A stretch of DNA of 64,000 bases, from positions 3,640-67,639 of the forward strand of contig JAFGBK010000081.1 in the NCBI GenBank assembly GCA_016933175.1. The letters run 5' to 3'. The position numbers were made by a program, and so were the translations under genes. Shown piece by piece: positions 1 to 9,526 of this stretch (positions are counted from its first letter, which is position 1; each line of letters starts with the position of its first letter). The notes beneath the pieces were generated by a model. That model was given only the letters and a program-made list of their open reading frames with translations, searched no databases and was not told the origin of the DNA. Source of the DNA: Candidatus Krumholzibacteriota bacterium (GTDB lineage: Bacteria > Krumholzibacteriota > Krumholzibacteriia > JACNKJ01).

Positions 1-1894
1 AGCGGCGTGCCACAGGATCGGCCTCCGCCGTCCGCGCGTCCACGGCGTCCAGGAGCCCGCCGACCTCCTCGAGGACGAGGATGTCATAGCCGCCGTCGTT
101 GAAGGACGAGAAGGCCAGGCGCTGCCCGTCGGGCGACAGGGCCGGGCTGATGATGCCGCCGGCCGGCGCGTAGACGCGGCGCGGCGCCGAATCCGGCGCG
201 GCGCGGTACCAGAGCTCGGCCAGCCCGCCGGCGTCGCTCGTGAAGAGCAGGTGGCCTCCGGCCAGGGGCAGGGGATGGCGGTCGTCGCCGGCGGTGGCGA
301 CCAGGGGTTCCGGACTTCCGCCCAGGCTCAGGCGCCAGAGGTCGTAGCCGTCGCCGGCGTCGAGGATCTCCGGATAGGTGCCGAACTCGTCCACCTCGAG
401 GAAGGTGGGGGCGAAGGCGCCGGGGTAGACGAAGCGGCCGGGCACCAGCTCGCGGTGCCGCGCGAAGACGAGGGTCTCGGCGTCCAGCCAGGCCGGGTCC
501 TGCTCGTCGGCCAGGTCCTCGGTGAGGCGCCGCCAGGTCTCCGCGGCGACCTCGAAGAGGTAGAGGTCCGTGACGCCGTTGGCCACGCCGCTGACGACCA
601 CGGCGCCGCCGTCGGGCGACCAGACGGGGCTGCGCATGGTGTCGAGGGCGGGGCGGTACCGCGCCAGCTCCGAGCCCTGCTCCGCGTCGATGATCATCAG
701 CTCGTCGCGTCCGCCCGAGAGCACGACGAGGGCGAGCTGCTTCCCGTCGGGCGAGAAGGAGGCGCCCGTGTCGAAGGGATGCAGGCTCTCGAGCTTCCCG
801 GAGCGGTGGCCCGTGACCAGCTTGCGCAGCACCTTGCCGTCCAGGGTGGAGGCCAGGTAGAGGTTCACCTCCCCCTCGTGGTCCGAGAAGTAGGCCAGGC
901 GCTCGCCGTCGGGCGAGAAGGCGGGGCTGTGGTAGAAGAGACGGCCGGTGTCCGCGTGGTCCAGGAGGGGAAAGGCCCGCTCCGAGGCGGCCGGGCGCCG
1001 GGCCAGCAGGCTCCAGGTGCGGGCCTTCAGGTCGCGCTGGAACTCCTCGTTCAGGGCCTCCAGGTCGAGTCCCGTGCGGCGCTTCAGGGTCCGCTCGAGG
1101 CCGCCGCGACCCGCCATGGCCTTGAACAGCTCGGGCAGGATGCCGTCGCCGAAGCGCCGGCTCAGGAAGGCCATGGCCGCCTGGCCCTCCTTGTAGACCA
1201 GGTAGCTGCCGAAGTCGCGGTCCAGGGGCTGGAGGTACTCGTTGGCCACCGCGTCCTCGATGTAGAGCTGGGCCTCGGCGTCCCAGCCCGTGGAGAACCA
1301 CTCGGCCCCGCCCTCCATGAACCAGAGGGGCGGCGACTGGAACTGGCCCATGCTGCTCATGGCGTGCTCGGGGCCGCTGCCCCCGAAGAGGATGTCCAGC
1401 TGGAAGACGTGGACCAGCTCGTGGGCGACCACGTGCCGGAAGTCGGGCACGGAGCCGTCGTAGGGCAGCACGACGCGGCTGCGATAGATGTCGGTGAAGC
1501 CCTCCGTGCCCTCGCCGATCAGGTCGGGGGTGACGTTGGTCTGCTGGAAGAAGGGATGGGCGCTGTAGAGCACGAGGGGGATGCGCTTGCGGGGGCGATG
1601 GGCCAGGCGCTCCACCAGTCGCTCGTAGACCTCCTCGGCCAGGAGGATGGCCTGGCTGGCGAGCACCTCCTCCTCGGGGTAGTAGTACAGGTCGAAGTGC
1701 GGGCTGTGGTAGACCTGCCAGTCGAAGGAGTCGTAGTGGACCTTGTTCTTGCCGAAGGCCCCGGCCGCCTGCGGCGCCAGGACCAGGATCGCCGCGGCCA
1801 GCAGCAGGGCGGCCCGCTGTGCGCGGCCCGGGCGCGTCCGCGCCGGCTCGCGGCTGACGGCGTTCCCCTCAGTACTCCCAGCGAAGTCGGACAT
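1..1894 (-). CDS. Secreted zinc metallopeptidase (peptidase MA-like) fused to PD40/TolB-like beta-propeller repeats; truncated by the window edge, possibly continuing into an Omp85 barrel
   Basis: Not in the ORF track because it has no stop in the window; translated by hand. ATG at 1894 overlaps the TamB end. Hydrophobic signal, then FGKNKVHY, HExxH (AHELVHVFQ) with downstream WFMEGGAEW, and repeated SPAFSPDG/SPVWSPDG/PALSPDG motifs. Confidence 0.8.
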   Translation of the reverse strand, partial: MSDFAGSTEGNAVSREPARTRPGRAQRAALLLAAAILVLAPQAAGAFGKNKVHYDSFDWQVYHSPHFDLYYYPEEEVLASQAILLAEEVYERLVERLAHRPRKRIPLVLYSAHPFFQQTNVTPDLIGEGTEGFTDIYRSRVVLPYDGSVPDFRHVVAHELVHVFQLDILFGGSGPEHAMSSMGQFQSPPLWFMEGGAEWFSTGWDAEAQLYIEDAVANEYLQPLDRDFGSYLVYKEGQAAMAFLSRRFGDGILPELFKAMAGRGGLERTLKRRTGLDLEALNEEFQRDLKARTWSLLARRPAASERAFPLLDHADTGRLFYHSPAFSPDGERLAYFSDHEGEVNLYLASTLDGKVLRKLVTGHRSGKLESLHPFDTGASFSPDGKQLALVVLSGGRDELMIIDAEQGSELARYRPALDTMRSPVWSPDGGAVVVSGVANGVTDLYLFEVAAETWRRLTEDLADEQDPAWLDAETLVFARHRELVPGRFVYPGAFAPTFLEVDEFGTYPEILDAGDGYDLWRLSLGGSPEPLVATAGDDRHPLPLAGGHLLFTSDAGGLAELWYRAAPDSAPRRVYAPAGGIISPALSPDGQRLAFSSFNDGGYDILVLEEVGGLLDAVDARTAEADPVARR

Positions 1895-4800
1895 CGAAGT
1901 TCACCTCGTTGAAGAGCCCCTCCTCGCCCAGCTGATTGCTGCGATTGATCATCTCCGAGCGCAGCCAGAGTCGATTGTAGAGCCGGTACTCCAGACCCAC
2001 CTCGTAGTCCGAATCGAGGCTGAGGCCCTGGTTGTAGCTGAGATAGAGCCCGCCAGGCAGGTAGCGGCCGATCTGCCAGCGGGTCTCCGTTCCGCCCTCC
2101 TCCTCAAGATTACGACTTTCCAGCTCGAAGTCCACCACACCGGCCAGCTCGCCGGCGACGATGCGCTCCAGGCGCGTCATCAGCTCGGACTCCACGCGGC
2201 CCCGGACCACCGTCGCGGCCACGTCGCCCCCGGCCTCGCGCTCCTCGCCGACGGGGAGCCCGACGAGGATGCGCAGCACGTCCTCCTTGCCGTAGCCGTG
2301 ATCGCTCACCACGTCCACCTGGGGCTCGGCGAAGGTGTTGGTGATGTGGATCTCGATGCGGTCGTCGCGGTTCCGCGTCTCGGCGAGGATGTCGATCTTC
2401 GGATTCAGGCCCTCGGCGCTGCTGAAATCCAGCCAGCCCTCGACCAGGTGGAACTTGTTGCCGAAGACGGTATAGCTGCCGCGCAGGGTCTGCAGCTCCC
2501 CCGAGACGGACGTCCCCGCGGGGCTGCGGGCCAGATTCAGCTCGCCCGACAGCTCCAGGTCGGCCTCCTCGTTGCGCAGGAAGACGCTGTTGTCGGCCCG
2601 GAGAGCCAGCGCGTAGCTCAGTCCGGGATCCACCGTGGCCCCCCCTCCACCCAGGCCGGTTCCGCCGAAGTCCATCTCCAGGACGCCGGAGTGGATGACG
2701 GCGTTACCCGAGAGGAAGGGATGCGGCGCCGCGCCCTCGGCCGTGTAGGTGCTGACATCCAGCGCGCCGCTCAGGACGCCGCGGAAGTAGGGCACGGTGC
2801 CCAGCGTGGCGGCGGCGAAGTCCATGTGCAGCCCGTAGCGGCGCGGCCGGCGCCAGCGGAGCCAGCCGTCGCCGGAGATCTCGCCGTCCTTGTTGCGCGA
2901 CCACCGGTGCCCCTCGCGGGCGTGGAAGGAGAGCAGGCGCAGTGTGTCCCCGTCCACGAGGCAGTCGGCGTTGAGGGCCTCGAGGCTCTCCTCCCAGCCG
3001 GCGAAGCGGAGCTGGCCGTCCCGCAGGCGCAGGTAGCCGCTCGGGGCCGGCGCATCCGGGCTGCCGCCCAGCCGGAGGTCGCCCTCCAGCGCGCCGCCGG
3101 CCTCCGCCAGCACGTCCACGAGGCCGAGGAGGTCCTCGCCCCGCCCGCTCAGGCGCAGATCGCCGCTCAGGGCGCCCTCGCCCGCCAGGCGCGGCCGCTC
3201 GCCGAGGCGCAGGACCAGGGGCAGCTGGAGCCAGCCGGCCACCCGGCTGGCGCCGCGCCGCAGGGCGAGGCGGGAGACGCGCAGGCGTCCCCCGGCCTGG
3301 GTGCCGGTCAGCTCGATGGAGTCGAAACGGCGCCCGGCGAGGCTGAAGGAGTCCACCCGCGCCTCGGCGCGAAGGACGGGATCGACGGGGCTGCCGTCCA
3401 GGGCCAGCTCGCCGCTGAGAAAGCCGGCCAGGCGCGGCCGCAGGCCGAGTGGGTCGCCCAAGCGCTCCAGCGGAAATTCCGCGGCCGCCAGGCGCAGCTC
3501 GTGGCGCAGGCCGTCCGGGGTGGTCCCGCCCAGGGCGGCCAATCCGTCCTGCGAATCCGGCAGGCCCCGCAGGATGCCGCGCAGGTCCAGCCGGCGACCG
3601 GCAGCGAGGTGCCACTGGAGGCTGTCGACGGCCAGGGAGTCGCCCCGCCACAGGAGGGAAAGGGCCAGAGTGCCCGCCGGCGCGTTCCCCAGGCGGGCGT
3701 CATCGAGGCGTGTCAGCAGGCGGTAGCCGCCGTCCTCGCGCTGCAGCGAGCCGGACAGGCGGCCGCCGGCGCCGAGGGAGGCCGGCAGCCAGGGAGTGAA
3801 CTGCCGCAGGTCCAGATCCCGCCAGGCCACCCGGTCCGGGGCTTCGCTGCCTCCCCAGGCGGCCTCCAGCCGGCCGCTGCTGGATACCCAGGCCACGGGG
3901 CTGAGGCGGAAGCCGGCACCCAGGGCCAGGCGCAAGGGGCGGTCGCTGAGCCACTCCTCGTCGCGCCAGCGCACCCACAGCCGATCCAGAGCGGCCAGGG
4001 GCGGGCTGCTGGCCAGGTCCACGCTGCCCGTGAGGGAAGCCTCCAGGTCCAGCGCGTCCAGGGAGACGTGGCGCAGGTCGAGGCGCTCGCCCGCCAGGGA
4101 AGCGTCCAGCCAGAGTCGGTCGAACCGCAGCCCCGCCCGCCGGAGGCTGTCTCCCTCCAGGTGGATGTCCAGGGGCCCGGCGGCCAGGGAGTCGGCGACC
4201 AGCTCCAGGCGGCCGGCGGCCAGGTCGGCGCCGAGGTACCGGACTTCCGCCAGCCGCGAATCGAGCCGGAAGCGGGGCCCGGCGAGGGGTCCGTCGAAGC
4301 TGGCGCGGAAGTCCAGGCGGCCGGTCAGGCAGGAGTCGCCGGCGAAGCGGCAGGCCAGCCGCGAGCTGCGGCTCGTCCCCTCGCCCACCAGATCCAGCCG
4401 GTAGGGATCCGTGAGCAGGCGGCCCGTCACGGACAGGTCCAGGCCCTCGTCCCAGAGTTCCAGGCGGCGGAAGGACAGGATGCCGCTCGCGAGGCAGAGA
4501 TCCCCGCTCAGCTCCTGGAAGGAGTAGTCGTCCAGGCTGCCGGGCCCCAGCTCGAGCAGGAAGCGCAGACCGCAGTCGTCGTGCCGCAGGCGGCACCAGC
4601 CATTGAGGTCCGTGCGCAGGCGGCCGCCGAGGAAGGTGGCCAGGTCGAAGGCCGTGAGCCGCGTCTCCCCGTCCATGCGGAAGGCGCGCCCCGACAGGGG
4701 CAGGGTGAAGTCGGCCGCACCGTCGACGCGGCTTCCGTTGACGAAGCCGGCGAGCCGCCGGCAGTGCAGCGTGCCGTCGCGGTAGAGCCCGGCCACGTCG

Positions 4801-5705
4801 ACACCGGACAGCGCGTAGCCGTAGAGCTCGCCGGAGACGACTCCCGCCAGCAGCAGGCTGTCGCCGGCCCCCTCCAGCTGGAGATCGCCTTCCAGCCAGC
4901 CGTCCGTCTCGATCCCCGCGCCCGCCAGGACGGCCAGCTCGCGAAGGACAAGGGGCCGGGCCGCGAGGTCCAGCTTCCACGCGAGCCCCCCGGCCAGATC
5001 CACGTGGCCCCGCAGGCGCAGGCGGGAGTCGGGCAGGCGCAGCCCGACGCCGGCCAGGGTCAGGCTCCCGTCGGCGGGCAGGAAGAAGCGCCCGGTCAGG
5101 TCGAGGGGCGGCACGCCCGCGCGATCGACGTACGCCCGCTCCAGGTCCAGGGCCGTGCCCGCCTCGTTGCGGAAGAGGCGGAAGCGCGCCTCGCTGACGC
5201 GCAGGGAGTCCAGGCCGCCTTCGCCCTCGCGGAGGACCTTCACGTCCCTCAGCAGGACCTGCTCCAGGTCGACGATGACGCCGCTGCGCCGGCCCGGCGA
5301 GGGATCGAAGCCGGGATAGGCCCAGCGCTCGGCCTCGATGGCGAAGGCCCGCAGCACGGCGTTTTCGAAGGTGAGCTGCTCGGCATGGAAGTCGCCCCGC
5401 ATCAGGCTCCAGGGATCGAAACGCACGCGCACGCGGTCGGCGGTCAGGAGATCGAAAGGCGGGCGCGCCCCGCCCTCGTAGCGCACGCGCATCCCGGACA
5501 GCTCCAGGTCGCGCCCGGGCAGGCCGTGGACGCTGGCCAGGGTCAGCGCGTAGCCGCGCTCGCGCAGGAGGTTGTGGGTCAGGTAGGTCGCCAGGCGCTC
5601 GGCCACGCGCTGGTTCTGCCAGCGCAGGAGCGCGATCCCGGCCAGGATCAGGCCCAGGAAGACGACCAGCGCGATGCGGGTCGATCTGCGCAGATGCCGG
5701 CCCAT
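1869..5705 (-). CDS. tamB: Translocation/assembly module TamB (AsmA/DUF490-like) protein
   Basis: 1278 aa with an N-terminal TM anchor, a long beta-rich body and a TamB-type C-terminus (GRYLPGGLYLSY...EYRL...LRWEY); directly downstream of an Omp85 gene. Confidence 0.85.
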   Translation of the reverse strand: MGRHLRRSTRIALVVFLGLILAGIALLRWQNQRVAERLATYLTHNLLRERGYALTLASVHGLPGRDLELSGMRVRYEGGARPPFDLLTADRVRVRFDPWSLMRGDFHAEQLTFENAVLRAFAIEAERWAYPGFDPSPGRRSGVIVDLEQVLLRDVKVLREGEGGLDSLRVSEARFRLFRNEAGTALDLERAYVDRAGVPPLDLTGRFFLPADGSLTLAGVGLRLPDSRLRLRGHVDLAGGLAWKLDLAARPLVLRELAVLAGAGIETDGWLEGDLQLEGAGDSLLLAGVVSGELYGYALSGVDVAGLYRDGTLHCRRLAGFVNGSRVDGAADFTLPLSGRAFRMDGETRLTAFDLATFLGGRLRTDLNGWCRLRHDDCGLRFLLELGPGSLDDYSFQELSGDLCLASGILSFRRLELWDEGLDLSVTGRLLTDPYRLDLVGEGTSRSSRLACRFAGDSCLTGRLDFRASFDGPLAGPRFRLDSRLAEVRYLGADLAAGRLELVADSLAAGPLDIHLEGDSLRRAGLRFDRLWLDASLAGERLDLRHVSLDALDLEASLTGSVDLASSPPLAALDRLWVRWRDEEWLSDRPLRLALGAGFRLSPVAWVSSSGRLEAAWGGSEAPDRVAWRDLDLRQFTPWLPASLGAGGRLSGSLQREDGGYRLLTRLDDARLGNAPAGTLALSLLWRGDSLAVDSLQWHLAAGRRLDLRGILRGLPDSQDGLAALGGTTPDGLRHELRLAAAEFPLERLGDPLGLRPRLAGFLSGELALDGSPVDPVLRAEARVDSFSLAGRRFDSIELTGTQAGGRLRVSRLALRRGASRVAGWLQLPLVLRLGERPRLAGEGALSGDLRLSGRGEDLLGLVDVLAEAGGALEGDLRLGGSPDAPAPSGYLRLRDGQLRFAGWEESLEALNADCLVDGDTLRLLSFHAREGHRWSRNKDGEISGDGWLRWRRPRRYGLHMDFAAATLGTVPYFRGVLSGALDVSTYTAEGAAPHPFLSGNAVIHSGVLEMDFGGTGLGGGGATVDPGLSYALALRADNSVFLRNEEADLELSGELNLARSPAGTSVSGELQTLRGSYTVFGNKFHLVEGWLDFSSAEGLNPKIDILAETRNRDDRIEIHITNTFAEPQVDVVSDHGYGKEDVLRILVGLPVGEEREAGGDVAATVVRGRVESELMTRLERIVAGELAGVVDFELESRNLEEEGGTETRWQIGRYLPGGLYLSYNQGLSLDSDYEVGLEYRLYNRLWLRSEMINRSNQLGEEGLFNEVNFDVRLRWEY

Positions 5706-7828
5706 CAGAAGGCGTGCCCCAGGCTCAGGTGCCAGCGCCCCCTGCTATCCGCCAGGGCTTGGAGGGGGACGCCGTAGTCGACGCGGATGACGGTCAGGGG
5801 CGTCAGGTAGCGCAGCCCGGCGCCCACGCCGTAGAAGACGCGCCGCGTGTCGGTGCGGTCGCCGTGCTGCCAGGGGAAGGCGCGCTCGCCGCTGATGTCG
5901 CGCCAGTCGAGCCAGGTGCCGCCGCCGTCCACGAAGAACACGCCCCGCAGGTTTCGCGCGCCGAACACGCGCAGGGGAAAGCGGTACTCCAGGTTCCCCA
6001 CCAGCATGGCGCGGCCGCCCAGGGCGTAGGGCGGCAGGGTCTGGCCGGGCAGATCGGGTGCCTGCTGGCCGCTCTCCGGATCCAGGCGGGGACCCAGGCT
6101 GTTCTCGTCGTAGCCGCGCACGCTCGCGGCGCCGCCGCAGTAGAAACGCTCCTCGAAGGGGACGCCGTCGTCCGGCACGCCGGGCTTGGGGTCGACGGCG
6201 CTGGCGCCGTAGGCGCCCACGAAGCCGACGAAGATCCGGCTGGCCAGGACGCCCTCGCCGCTGCGGTGGTGGTGGGTGAGATTGCACTGCAGGCGGTGGA
6301 AGTCGTGGTCGCCGCCCTGGAGGCCGCCGGCCCACTCGTAGCTGAGCAGGCCCTGGCCGCCCCGCGCGGGGTGGAAGTAGTGGTCGCGCGTGTCGCGGTC
6401 GAGGATGAAGGTCAGCGACCGCGTCAGGTACTTCGGCTCCGGAATGGCCGCGTCGGCCGAGAGGGTGCGCTGGTAGAGGAAATCGAACTGCTCGCGCACC
6501 TTGAGCACCGTGCTGCGGCTCAGACGGCGGGCGGCACTGAGGCGGATGGCGCGCGTCTCCAGGCTCGTCAGGCGCGTCTCCTGCTCGTAGTCCTTCTCGC
6601 GGAACAGGGTCAGGCTCAGATGGGCGCGGAGGCGGACGACGTGCAGGAAGCGCCACTCGAGGGCCTCGCGTTCGTACTGAAGGCCGAAGTTGCCGTCGCG
6701 GTCGTTGCGCAGGGAGAGCTTGCCCTCCAGGGCCAGGCGCTGGCCCCGGTCGAGGAGGTTGCGGTGGCTCCAGCCGCCCAGGAGGCGCAGGCCGTCCACG
6801 GTGCCCACGCCGACGCCCATCTCGAAGGCGCGCATGCGGCGCTCGCGGAAGAGCCAGACCAGGCGCAGGTACTCCTCGCCCGGGGGCGCCCCCGCGCCGG
6901 GCATGGGCTCCAGGCGGTAGTCCACCGAGCGGAAGTAGCCGCTGTCGAGCAGGTTCTGCTGGCTCTCGCGGATCGCGGCCAGGCGCAGCGGCTCGCCGGC
7001 CCGCAGCACCAGCTCGCGGTGGATGAGCTCCTCGCGCAGGCCGTGGCCGCGCAGGACCACGGCGCCCAGACGCGCCGCGGGGCCGAGCTGCACCTGGAAG
7101 ACGAGGTCCAGGGAGTCCGTGGCGGCATGCGCTGGCGTCTCCCGGACCCGGCTGCGATGCCCCACCTGGGCCGAGAAGCGACCCTCCTCCTGCAGGGCGC
7201 GCAGGACGCGGTAGGCGGCCTGACCGGGCGACTCGGGATCGAAGGGATCGCCCGGCGCCAAGCCCAGGCGGCGGCGCAGCCGCCGCTCCATCTCGCCCAG
7301 CGGCGGCTCGAAGCCGATGCTGCGCAGGAAGCGCCGCTTGCCCTCCTCGACGCGGACGCGGATGCTGACGCTGTGACTGGCCGCGTCGTAGACCACGTCC
7401 TCCTCGCCCAGCGAGTAAACGCGGACATCGTAGAATCCGTGGCGATGGTAGTGGGCGGCGAGAGTGGCGAGGTCGCTGCGCAGCCAGTCGCGCAGGTAGC
7501 GTGGCCGGCCGAGGAACTGGAACAGGCGCGGCTCGCGGGTCCGCATGAGGGCCTTCAGGTCGCCGTCCGAGAAGCTCTCGTTGCCCTCGATGTCGATATG
7601 GGCTACGTAGGGCAGGGCCTCCTCGGTGTCGCCGCGGACCGGACCGGCGGCGACGAAGGCGAGCAGCACGGCCAGGAGCGCCCGTCGCCACCGGGACGCC
7701 GCCCGCGCCTCCCCGCTCGCGGCGGGCTCCGCCGGGCCGACGTGTCGCGCCGCGCGCGGCGACGCGACCGTGCTTGCCAGGCGCGGCGGTCGGCCGTAGA
7801 CTGGAATCCTGTCGGAGGAGCCTCGCAT
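5705..7828 (-). CDS. BamA/TamA family (Omp85) outer-membrane protein with POTRA domains; start uncertain (GTG 7669 is an alternative)
   Basis: POTRA-like IEGNESFSD repeats, ERFYCGGAASVRGY loop-6 motif, C-terminal LSLGHAF; stop overlaps the tamB start. Confidence 0.85.
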   Translation of the reverse strand: MRGSSDRIPVYGRPPRLASTVASPRAARHVGPAEPAASGEARAASRWRRALLAVLLAFVAAGPVRGDTEEALPYVAHIDIEGNESFSDGDLKALMRTREPRLFQFLGRPRYLRDWLRSDLATLAAHYHRHGFYDVRVYSLGEEDVVYDAASHSVSIRVRVEEGKRRFLRSIGFEPPLGEMERRLRRRLGLAPGDPFDPESPGQAAYRVLRALQEEGRFSAQVGHRSRVRETPAHAATDSLDLVFQVQLGPAARLGAVVLRGHGLREELIHRELVLRAGEPLRLAAIRESQQNLLDSGYFRSVDYRLEPMPGAGAPPGEEYLRLVWLFRERRMRAFEMGVGVGTVDGLRLLGGWSHRNLLDRGQRLALEGKLSLRNDRDGNFGLQYEREALEWRFLHVVRLRAHLSLTLFREKDYEQETRLTSLETRAIRLSAARRLSRSTVLKVREQFDFLYQRTLSADAAIPEPKYLTRSLTFILDRDTRDHYFHPARGGQGLLSYEWAGGLQGGDHDFHRLQCNLTHHHRSGEGVLASRIFVGFVGAYGASAVDPKPGVPDDGVPFEERFYCGGAASVRGYDENSLGPRLDPESGQQAPDLPGQTLPPYALGGRAMLVGNLEYRFPLRVFGARNLRGVFFVDGGGTWLDWRDISGERAFPWQHGDRTDTRRVFYGVGAGLRYLTPLTVIRVDYGVPLQALADSRGRWHLSLGHAF
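7774..7820 (+). promoter_or_regulatory. Sigma70-type promoter and RBS of the small lipoprotein gene
   Basis: TTGCCA (7774-7779), 17 nt, TAGACT (7797-7802); GGAGGAG just upstream of ATG 7827. Confidence 0.65.
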
Positions 7829-8186
7829 GTGGCGATTCAACACCATTCCCCTGCGCCGTGTCCCCGCTTTTCTGGGCGCCTGCCTGCTGCTGGCCGCCCT
7901 GACCGCCGGCTGCGCCCGCGAGGGCGACCCGCCCGCGGCGACGACGCTCACGCCCGAGGAAGACTATCTCGTCGAGCAGTACCTGCGCGTGGTGGAGGCC
8001 CGCTACGAGGCCCTCCTGGGCGACTCCCTGGCCGCCGGGCGCTTCCACTTCCTGGAGGAGGCGCTGCCCAGCGACTCGCTGCGCGCCATCGCCCGCCGCA
8101 TCTCCGCGGAAACTCCCCGCCGCTGGCCCCTGGTCTTCGAGGAGATCGTGCGCCGCAAGCAGATCCTCGAGGCGCAGCCCCGCTGA
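7827..8186 (+). CDS. Small hypothetical lipoprotein
   Basis: Lipobox LTAGC after a hydrophobic stretch; helical body; own promoter and RBS. Confidence 0.7.
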   Translation: MWRFNTIPLRRVPAFLGACLLLAALTAGCAREGDPPAATTLTPEEDYLVEQYLRVVEARYEALLGDSLAAGRFHFLEEALPSDSLRAIARRISAETPRRWPLVFEEIVRRKQILEAQPR

Positions 8187-8194
8187 GGACCGCC

Positions 8195-9517
8195 TCAGAA
8201 GACGAAGCGGTTCAGCTCCTGCACGACGATGAAGAGCATCAAGCCCACCAGGAGCAGCAGGCCCGCCATGGTCAAGCGCAGGCGCACGCCCTCGTTCACG
8301 GGCAGGCGCAGGCCCTCCAGGGCGAGGAAGACCACGTGCCCGCCGTCGAGGACCGGGATGGGGAGCAGGTTGAACAGGAAGAGCTGGGTGCTGAAGAAGG
8401 CGATGAAGATGAGCAGGCGGTCGATGCCCCAGCGGGCCATCTCGCCGGCCGTGCGGAAGATGGTGATGGGACCGCCCATGGTCTCTGCCCCGTAGCGCCC
8501 GGTGATCTTGCCGACCAGCCAGGCCACGGTGCCCTTGATGGTGATCCAGACCCAGCGCGCGCCGCCCGCGAAGGCGTCGCCCCAGCTCACCGGCCGCCAC
8601 TCCAGGTACTCCTCGAAGAAGATGCGCCCGATGCGGCGGGTCTGGCCCGGCTCCGCCGGGTCCGCCGCATCCGCCGCCTGGGGCGTGACCATGCCCTCCA
8701 GGCGGCGGCCCTCGTGCTCCCAGACGATGCGGACGGGCTCGCCGGCCTTCTCGTTGACGATGCCGGCGATGTCGTTGAAGAAGCGGACGGGCCGCCCGTC
8801 CACCGCCACGATGCGGTCCCCGCGCGCGAGGCCCAGGCGGTCGGCGGGGCCGCCCTTGAGCACCTTGCCCACGCGGTTGTCCAGCAGGCTCGCCAGCCCC
8901 GTGCGCAGGGTGCCCGCGGGCACGTCGAGCGTGAGGTCCAGGACCTCGCCCTCGCGCTCCACCACCAGCGGGTGACGGCCGCCGTCGGCGTCGATGATCA
9001 GGTCCAGCAACTCGTTCCAGTTGCTCGCCTCGCCGCCGGCGTAGGCGAGCACGCGGTCGCCGCGCGCGAGGCCCGCCGCCGCCGCGGGCGTGCCCGCGGC
9101 CGGTGCGTCCACCCAGGTGCCGGGGTAGATGGGCTCGCCGGTCGTGTAGATGACCCCCACGGCCACGAGGATGGCCAGGATCAGGTTGGCCAGGGGACCG
9201 GCGATGACCGCCGTCAGGCGGCGCCAGATGGGCTTGTTCCGGTAGAGCACCGAGGGCGGCAGCGTGTCCTCGCCCGGCGGCGTCTCGCCCTCCACGGGAA
9301 TCTCCATCCCCGCCATCTTCACGTAGCCGCCGAAGGGTAGCAGGCTGAGCGCCCACTCCGTGCCGGCGGCGCGCCAGCGCACCAGGACCGGGCCCATGCC
9401 GATGGAGAAGCGGTGCACGTGGATGCCCATGGCGCGTGCGGCCAGGAAGTGCCCCAGCTCATGGATGAAGATGAGCACGCCGATGGTGAAGAGGCCGGCC
9501 AGCATGATGATCAGCAT
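8195..9517 (-). CDS. rseP: RIP metalloprotease RseP
   Basis: HELGH, two PDZ domains, NLLPIPVLDGGH. Confidence 0.95.
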   Translation of the reverse strand: MLIIMLAGLFTIGVLIFIHELGHFLAARAMGIHVHRFSIGMGPVLVRWRAAGTEWALSLLPFGGYVKMAGMEIPVEGETPPGEDTLPPSVLYRNKPIWRRLTAVIAGPLANLILAILVAVGVIYTTGEPIYPGTWVDAPAAGTPAAAAGLARGDRVLAYAGGEASNWNELLDLIIDADGGRHPLVVEREGEVLDLTLDVPAGTLRTGLASLLDNRVGKVLKGGPADRLGLARGDRIVAVDGRPVRFFNDIAGIVNEKAGEPVRIVWEHEGRRLEGMVTPQAADAADPAEPGQTRRIGRIFFEEYLEWRPVSWGDAFAGGARWVWITIKGTVAWLVGKITGRYGAETMGGPITIFRTAGEMARWGIDRLLIFIAFFSTQLFLFNLLPIPVLDGGHVVFLALEGLRLPVNEGVRLRLTMAGLLLLVGLMLFIVVQELNRFVF

Positions 9518-9526
9518 CGTCGCTCC

